A stretch of 37,802 bases of DNA, from NCBI GenBank assembly GCA_008369845.1, contig MRSU01009989.1, forward strand, positions 1 through 37,802, in the 5' to 3' direction. How positions within the stretch are numbered: the first letter of the stretch is position 1; each line of letters begins with the position of its first letter. The DNA comes from Trichomonas gallinae (taxonomy: Eukaryota). Shown piece after piece: positions 31,246 to 37,802 of this stretch. The position numbers and the translations under genes are program-made. The notes under the pieces are model-generated. The model was given only the letters and a program-made list of their open reading frames with translations, had not been told where the DNA came from and did no database searches.

Positions 31246-32397
31246 ATTAAAAAATAATATTTGATGAAAAATTAAATTTAGTTTCTCATACTCGCATCTA
31301 ATTTGAAATTCTTATTTATAAACTGCTTTAGTTTTGTCGATATTTGTTATCATAACAGCAATCTTGATTTATATGCTCACTAAGTTTGAGTAATTGAAGA
31401 ATCCATAAGCGCCGATTGTGTAACAATTCTTTAATTCGACTCTTTCGAAACGGGAATTGTTAGTTAATTCATACTCTTTAACATCACCAGTGATTTCGAA
31501 TGTACCAGATGAATCTTCTCAACCACATTAGTCAGATTTTATAACTGCGTTGTATTTGCCAGCTATAACTTTTGAATGTTATACAATTTCAGATTGGATT
31601 CAAAATTTGTGAAAATAAGGTTATTGAATACGACAATGTCAACATATATCAGAATGTTTCTTCTTTCCTCGAGGAAGCAGAATTCAAAATCCAAATAAAG
31701 AAAAACTTAATTCCTTTGCATGTTTATTTTTGTGAAACATGAATTTCCTTTTAAAGGCAAAGGAATAACTAACTTATATTGCTAATAAATGGTTTGACTG
31801 TTATACTGAAATTTATATTAATGATATAGAATTCTTCCTCCAATATATAAAGAATTAACAATCAAGCTTTTTTGGTTAGAATAAGATAATGGTTTATTTC
31901 TACCTCTGAAGTAAAACACCATAGTGATCATCTAAATGACTTGAGTATGATTGAGCATCAATATTCTCTATGGAAACATCAAGAAGGATATATTGATAAT
32001 TATTTATTAATCTATAGGAAAATAATCATGAATGATGAAAAACCACAAACCATAAGCTCCAAGAAACATCCGTACAAAACTCAAAAGATATAGATAATAA
32101 ACATGATGTTTTAAGAATAATATCGGCGAAGAAGGCTTAAAAATTGACGAAAAATGCTTCGAAATGAGTTATTTGTGTCGAAACAATCAGATATCACAAG
32201 AATGCGAGCATTGTGCAATAGCCTAACATTATACATCCTCAATGCTGCTCGTTGCAAGGGAGAACTTTCTTCGAGTATTGCTTCCAAAAATATAACCTGA
32301 CGATCTCAAAATTATATTACATGTCAAAAAAATATAAAATTAATTGTCAAACCTATTTTAGTTGTCAAAAATAAAAATTAATTGTCAAAATATTGTA

Positions 32398-33453
32398 ATG
32401 GAAGATTTTGATATTTTTCCTAAGATATCAAGCGACCATTCGAAGAAAACTAGGATTGGAGGCACCATTACAATAATATGCATGTGTTTAATGATGATTT
32501 TTGTCATATTCGAAATATACAATTTTTCAAAAATGCCTTATAAACAGAAAATATACGTCAATGGTTCAAAACTTCCTCAAAAGAATCATATTTTAGACTG
32601 GGATGCTATACCTAAAGTTCCCATTTCATTGATAATCGATTTTCCTTTTATTCCTTGCTACGCTTTATCATTATCGGTACTGGATAAGAATAAGGAAGTG
32701 CAAGAGAACATAAATTACAAAGAAATACTCCTTCGTGCCAATAAAATTACAAACAAATATAACAATACTCAAAATTTCACATGTGGATCATGTTATGGAG
32801 CATCAGAAGGATGCTGTAATACGTGTAAAGATGTTAAAGATGCATTTGAACGATCTGGAAAGCCAAGGCCTCCACTTGTCATAGTTGATCAATGCAAAAC
32901 AGCTTATGCAGACACGCAAAATTTAATGAAAGAAAGCTGCAGAGTCATTTCAACTATTTCTGCCTCACAAACACATGGTACTATTGTTATTTCGCTCGGC
33001 CAGCCAGGAAATGCATCATCAGCTGAGGTTCTTGGTATTTCACCAGAATTATTCAACTTCACACATATGTTTCAGATGTTTGTGATTGGAGAAAAAGGAC
33101 ATTCACGAAATTCATTAGAAAATTTCAACAGAACTCAACAGGAGATTGGCAAATACAAAGGTATCTATAATATAAGAGCAACAAGAATAGTTAGAAACCA
33201 CATTCAAGATTATTTGATTTCATCTTCATTTTTTAACAGATATCGCGATTCAGACTCTTCCAAATTACCAGGAATATACATCAACTACGATATATCGCCG
33301 TTAATTCTCGAATATGTTTATGATAAGCCAATAATCAATTTGTTAATTGATGCAATGGCAATTTTAGGCGGTATTTTTGCATTTGGAAGCCTTATTGACA
33401 GTATATATACAACATCTTTCGCAAAACAAACTGATGCAATTGCTTTGAATTGA
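32398..33453 (+). CDS. ERGIC3/Erv46-like COPII vesicle membrane protein
   Basis: FDIFPK…KTRIGGTIT plus TM1, IDFPFIPCYALSL, CGSCYGA…CCNTCKDVKDAF, LPGIYINYDISPL, TM2 AILGGIF. Start is ATG 32398 rather than TTG 32362. Confidence 0.92.
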   Translation: MEDFDIFPKISSDHSKKTRIGGTITIICMCLMMIFVIFEIYNFSKMPYKQKIYVNGSKLPQKNHILDWDAIPKVPISLIIDFPFIPCYALSLSVLDKNKEVQENINYKEILLRANKITNKYNNTQNFTCGSCYGASEGCCNTCKDVKDAFERSGKPRPPLVIVDQCKTAYADTQNLMKESCRVISTISASQTHGTIVISLGQPGNASSAEVLGISPELFNFTHMFQMFVIGEKGHSRNSLENFNRTQQEIGKYKGIYNIRATRIVRNHIQDYLISSSFFNRYRDSDSSKLPGIYINYDISPLILEYVYDKPIINLLIDAMAILGGIFAFGSLIDSIYTTSFAKQTDAIALN

Positions 33454-33748
33454 ATATTTTTTCATATTTATAACAACGATGCATCTATATAGATATTCGA
33501 TAATTCATGACATTTCATTGTTTATCAAAGAAAAATCAGAAATATATTTTTATATTGTTTGTATTTAGTAAAATTCATATACATAAATTGTACTACAAAC
33601 TTCTATTCAAGCCATATATTTATAGATTATCTCACTAAACCCAAAAAAATAAAATTTAATAATCAAAAATACAAGAAATAACTTTGAATGTATTAAAATC
33701 TAAATAATATTTTACTAGTGAAACTAACCAAATCCAATAAATTCTATT

Positions 33749-34621
33749 TTATTGAATTTGTAATTTCTCATATTGATTTCTAAGCTTTTCTAACTTATTT
33801 TTAGCACTATTAAGTTCATTATTAACTTTTTCTGCACTCTTTTGTGCTTCCTGCATAGCTCTAGTTTCATTCTTTATACTTTCAGTTAATTTTGTTATAG
33901 CTTTCTTCTTTTCGTGTAATTGCTGCTTTAACTTTTCTATCTCTTGCTCAGCTTCAGTATTTAGTTTCTGTACTCTTTGATTATCTATGTCTAATTCATT
34001 AGTTTTTTGTTTAATTTGATAAACTTGCGTTTCTAGTTTAACTTTCTGCTGACTTAAGTCTTCTTCTTGGTTTTTAAGCTCTTTAGAAGTCTCATACATG
34101 TCTAAATACTGATGATTAAACGAATATCCATTTTGTTCCGGTAATTTTTGAGATTTTAAGCACGTAAATAGTAAATTCAGCGGTAAATCGAAAAGTTCTG
34201 GGTAGCTATAATATTGATCTATGTGCAAATCCATATATGACTGAAGACCATGAAAACTTTCTGGACAAGCTTGAACGTATTTAATAAGTAAACTTTTGTC
34301 CTCTGACGATAAAACACGTAGTTCTAACTTCGTGACTAAGCTATGAGCATCCCAATCTTGAATCAAATTTATTAGTTTAGGAGTTAAAGATGGATCGATT
34401 GCTTCAGCGCCATCATCATTGCATAATCGAATAAAATAGCTAAATATATCTTCTGTGTATTTGTTATCACTCATATCTATTGGCCTTTGCGGCTTTTGTA
34501 TTAAATTCCGTATTTTTGCCGATACTTCGCGCATTTTCGATATATCTATGTCATATAGATTCCCATTGTGTAGAATTTTCGAACTATTCATATCTTCTCG
34601 AGCCAAATAAGGAATTGTCAT
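33749..34621 (-). CDS. BTB/POZ-like N-terminal domain plus long C-terminal coiled coil
   Basis: ILHNGNLYDIDISKMREVSAKIRNL…FSYFIRLC is BTB-like; about 115 aa of K/E/Q heptads follow. Confidence 0.7.
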   Translation of the reverse strand: MTIPYLAREDMNSSKILHNGNLYDIDISKMREVSAKIRNLIQKPQRPIDMSDNKYTEDIFSYFIRLCNDDGAEAIDPSLTPKLINLIQDWDAHSLVTKLELRVLSSEDKSLLIKYVQACPESFHGLQSYMDLHIDQYYSYPELFDLPLNLLFTCLKSQKLPEQNGYSFNHQYLDMYETSKELKNQEEDLSQQKVKLETQVYQIKQKTNELDIDNQRVQKLNTEAEQEIEKLKQQLHEKKKAITKLTESIKNETRAMQEAQKSAEKVNNELNSAKNKLEKLRNQYEKLQIQ

Positions 34622-35169
34622 CTAAAAAAAATCGATTTTGATAAAGTATCAATTTACATGTCAGATATTAAATTGTAAACTGAAAATGTCAAAAAATATG
34701 AATGAAATCTGGATAACATCGAAATAGAAGCAAATCCATTACTTATATAACATCCCAACACGCTATAACCATATTTCCGACCCAAATTAGTATAATTAGT
34801 AGAATAAATCTCAAGAAAATATTAAAAAATACAAAATAAAAAAAGAAAACAATCGTTTTACATCAAGAATTGTATTTTTCTGACTATATATGCATTAATC
34901 TCAATTCATTTTTGATGCATATCTTATATTTAATTTTTTCAAAAATTAGTGAACTCGAATGAGAAAAATTTACTAATAAAATCCATTTGGAATTTCTTAT
35001 ATGATTACATAGCGTATTAAGAATGGTTCTTCTATTTGATATAATTTTAGTTGAAATAGAAAAAATAGAAGCATATCATAAATCATTCATTATTAAACTA
35101 GATAATCAAATGTCTGTAAGATCTTATTGCTAAAAATGTGGCCTGTGTTTAAATAAAAAAGACAATAAA

Positions 35170-35395
35170 AATTTTTCGTTCATTATGCAATGATAACGAA
35201 GGAAACGCATATATAGGATGAGGCATGTCTGCCTTATGAATCCTAACATGTGAATAATATAAATCAAAATCTCCCCTGATTAAATATTGTTCCCCCCTGG
35301 AATCCAACCTTAAAATCGTTAAAGAAAATGGTTGATCAGGGAAACAAAGCATGACCTTTGCGATATTACCATTTCATTTTCGTTGATGAAAACTG
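35170..35395. ncRNA. Candidate structured non-coding RNA (unassigned)
   Basis: GC-enriched island with five consecutive inverted-repeat stems in an otherwise very AT-rich spacer; see findings. Confidence 0.3.
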
Positions 35396-35796
35396 TGAAA
35401 AAAAATCTAAAAAAATTTGAATTTTTTCAAAAGTTCGCAATTAGATGGCCAATTTTATGAAAACTCGGCTCATTTATATATATTTGTGCATTTTTTGCGC
35501 TGATTTTGCTTAATCCGATGAACTAAAAAAATTATTTTAATGATCATATAGTTATTATTAATACAGCAAAAGTAAAAAAAATTATCAAACTCTTCTCAAT
35601 TTCATTTTTACGATATAAATATAATTTTGTATTTATATTATATAGAGTAAGAATATAAAATTTTTAAATTGAAAGTGATCAATAAAAATTTGTTTAAAAT
35701 GTTTAATATATAGTGTTTATGTTATTGCGTGAAAAATTTCTCAAAATTTTGACGACCAATTCAAATATTTGTGAACAACCGTCAACAAAAGAAATA

Positions 35797-37374
35797 ATGA
35801 GAAGAATTCATGTACCACGATTATATTGTTACCACGACAGTCAGTCTGGGAAGGACTACTTCCACAACCCGGTCACAAACGAGATCACGTGGATGCCTCC
35901 TTCCAATGCGATTATCATAGATCCATTCACATTGACTGAGAAAAACTTAGAACAGAAAACTTTAAACCACGAAAAATCATTTGAGAACTCTGAAGCTTTA
36001 GCAATGATGAGGAATGTTAAAGCTAGAGCCAGGAAATCGATTTCATCTGAGAAAATCAAATACAGAGCAAGTATGACGCCAAGAACTGAGAGGAAATCAT
36101 CTCTTATTATGAACTTAAAAGGATTTCCTGTATCAACAGGCAATTTCGACAAGTTCCCAGATGATATCCCATTTTATTTACCGAAAGAGATTGCAAGAGA
36201 TAAATGTCCATACGATGTCCGCCACTTTGCAACCGAACAATTTAATACTCGAATGAAAGGCTCGATTTTCTCAAAGAAAACGATTGCACCGGACAACCTT
36301 CTCCAATTCTCAACTGATCCATCAATCCTGCCTATTTTAAAGAGAACTCCAGAAAAACTTGCAAAGAAATGCGTGGAAATCTTCAATATTATTTTGGATT
36401 ATTGCAAACAGCGTCCAAATGCTTTGCCAAGTAATCTAGTAAAACTTATCCGCACAGACAATAGTTTAATCGACGAAACTTACATAATTCTCATTAAAAT
36501 GATTACAAATAATCCATCTCCCGAGGATACAAAGAGAGTTTGGGATCTTATCCTCGTTGTTTGCACATATTTCCCTCCATCATTCATAGTTCAGCCACTT
36601 ATTCGCCACACTGTCGCTGTTGAAGCTCTCGGAACAAATAATCAAATTTCTCCGATTGCTAAAATGGCCTACATCAGATTGGCAGCAAGATGTGACTGCA
36701 GAGAAGTTTTCAGCATCCAGCCTGATCAATGGACAAATCTAATTCCAACACATCCAATTACAGATTATTTTATTTTTGGTGCACCTCTTCTAGAGCTGAT
36801 TTACGCGCAAAGAAGGACAGCACCAAAGTGTACAGTTCCTATATTCATGGTGAATTTCATCAAGGAGCTGTGGGATGCTGGAAGCGAAAAAATGGAAGGA
36901 ATGTTCAGACTTCCAGGCAACCAGTCACAAATCAAGTTAATGGTTGAAGAAACACATGCAGGTCAAAACGTCATTGAAGGCGCAGAACTTGCAGATCTTG
37001 CTTCATTATTTAAGAAATGGATTGCTGATCTTCCAGAGCCAGTAGTTCCTATGTCCATGTATCAAGATCTCAAGGAGGCACTTAAAAACCGCACAGTTTT
37101 AGATTTCGTCGAACAATTACCAAAAGTTAATCATGATACGCTAGGCTACATCATTGGCTTCTTGAAAGAGTTCATAAAACACTCAGAAGTCACAAAAATG
37201 TCAGCAGTTCCGACATCAATGATTTTCGGAGCAAATATTGTAAGAATTGTTTCAAATGATCCAAGCGAAGTCAAAGAAATGACAGATAACGGCAAAAACT
37301 TCATGTTATACTTGCTACAGAACTGGGACACAAGTTTCATTTATCCGCTTCCCGAAGACTACATTCCACAATAA
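35797..37374 (+). CDS. WW-MyTH4-RhoGAP protein (ARHGAP39/Vilse-like architecture)
   Basis: WW: HDSQSGKDYFHNPVTNEITWMPP. MyTH4: LIDETYIILIKMITNNP…WDLILVVCTYFPPS. RhoGAP: IFGAPL, EGMFRLPG (arginine finger), ASLFKKWIADLPEPVVP, TKMSA. Likely start ATG 35797. Confidence 0.92.
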   Translation: MRRIHVPRLYCYHDSQSGKDYFHNPVTNEITWMPPSNAIIIDPFTLTEKNLEQKTLNHEKSFENSEALAMMRNVKARARKSISSEKIKYRASMTPRTERKSSLIMNLKGFPVSTGNFDKFPDDIPFYLPKEIARDKCPYDVRHFATEQFNTRMKGSIFSKKTIAPDNLLQFSTDPSILPILKRTPEKLAKKCVEIFNIILDYCKQRPNALPSNLVKLIRTDNSLIDETYIILIKMITNNPSPEDTKRVWDLILVVCTYFPPSFIVQPLIRHTVAVEALGTNNQISPIAKMAYIRLAARCDCREVFSIQPDQWTNLIPTHPITDYFIFGAPLLELIYAQRRTAPKCTVPIFMVNFIKELWDAGSEKMEGMFRLPGNQSQIKLMVEETHAGQNVIEGAELADLASLFKKWIADLPEPVVPMSMYQDLKEALKNRTVLDFVEQLPKVNHDTLGYIIGFLKEFIKHSEVTKMSAVPTSMIFGANIVRIVSNDPSEVKEMTDNGKNFMLYLLQNWDTSFIYPLPEDYIPQ

Positions 37375-37670
37375 AATTATTATTATTGTAAATTTATAAT
37401 AAATTTTGCGTTTATTAATTATTAAAAATACAACCAATAGCATCGTTTCTATATCTTCCATCAATATCAAACGCTAGATTCACATATTTTTATATCAAAT
37501 TAAAAATATTGACAATAAATTCATTCATTATATGAAAAATGTACAATAAAAATGAAATGAAATATAAGTATTTGATTAAATTATGTCATTTTCGATTTAA
37601 TTATGAAAATCCGAAATTGAAATCTGTAAATTTGAAAAATTAGAGTAATTGGAAACATGAAAAAAGAGGT

Positions 37671-37802
37671 TTACTCAGCGTTGAACTTAGCAACGGCCTT
37701 GCCACCTTCAGAAACGGCGTGCTTGGCAAGATCGCCTGGAAGAACAAGACGGACAGCTGTCTGAACTTCGCGGGAACCGAGTGTGTTACGCTCGTTCATA
37801 TC
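37671..37802 (-). CDS. H2B: Histone H2B (3' part; gene begins beyond window end)
   Basis: Minus strand reads [43 protein letters not shown], the H2B C-terminal signature. Confidence 0.96.
   Translation of the reverse strand, partial: DMNERNTLGSREVQTAVRLVLPGDLAKHAVSEGGKAVAKFNAE

Noticed and set aside
35149..35352. 67-aa minus-strand ORF
   Set aside because: No recognisable motif; the region is better explained by base-pairing, though a gene relic is not excluded.
35330..35357. SRP RNA helix 8 (CAGG-GAAA-…AGCA)
   Set aside because: The 3-bp stem between CAGG and the tetraloop is missing; no helix 5/6 context.
1010..37340. Remaining 60-150-aa ORF-track entries overlapping main genes or in AT-rich spacers
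   Set aside because: Antisense or alternate-frame shadows, or chance ORFs with non-coding composition and often TTG/GTG starts.

Overview
AT-rich, gene-dense eukaryotic DNA with no recognisable introns, most consistent with a trichomonad parabasalid (Trichomonas vaginalis or a close relative). This is inferred from TCAY(T/A) Inr elements just upstream of ATGs, frequent stop codons overlapping a TAAA polyadenylation signal, and the gene families present. About 20 protein genes are supported: a partial Thr-rich mucin-like secreted protein, an RRM protein, an R2R3 Myb, a CxxC-less thioredoxin-fold protein, an Elongin-B-like UBL, a TTLL ligase, an atypical Grp170-like Hsp70, two ankyrin proteins, BAR-like, HEAT-like and BTB/coiled-coil proteins, a Gly-rich protein, Sec61beta, a nitroreductase, Erv46/ERGIC3-like, a WW-MyTH4-RhoGAP and a partial histone H2B. 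No rRNA, tRNA, CRISPR array or intact transposon was seen. Most notable: (1) a recurring pseudo-palindromic promoter motif TTTACATGTCA (TALE-homeodomain-like) upstream of about 7 genes; (2) a ~220-nt multi-hairpin ncRNA candidate at 35170-35395; (3) three otherwise intact genes with point lesions (ATG>ATA, frameshift, frameshift plus internal TAG); (4) decayed repeats and gene relics in the long spacers. All protein calls are by eye from motifs, without database searches.
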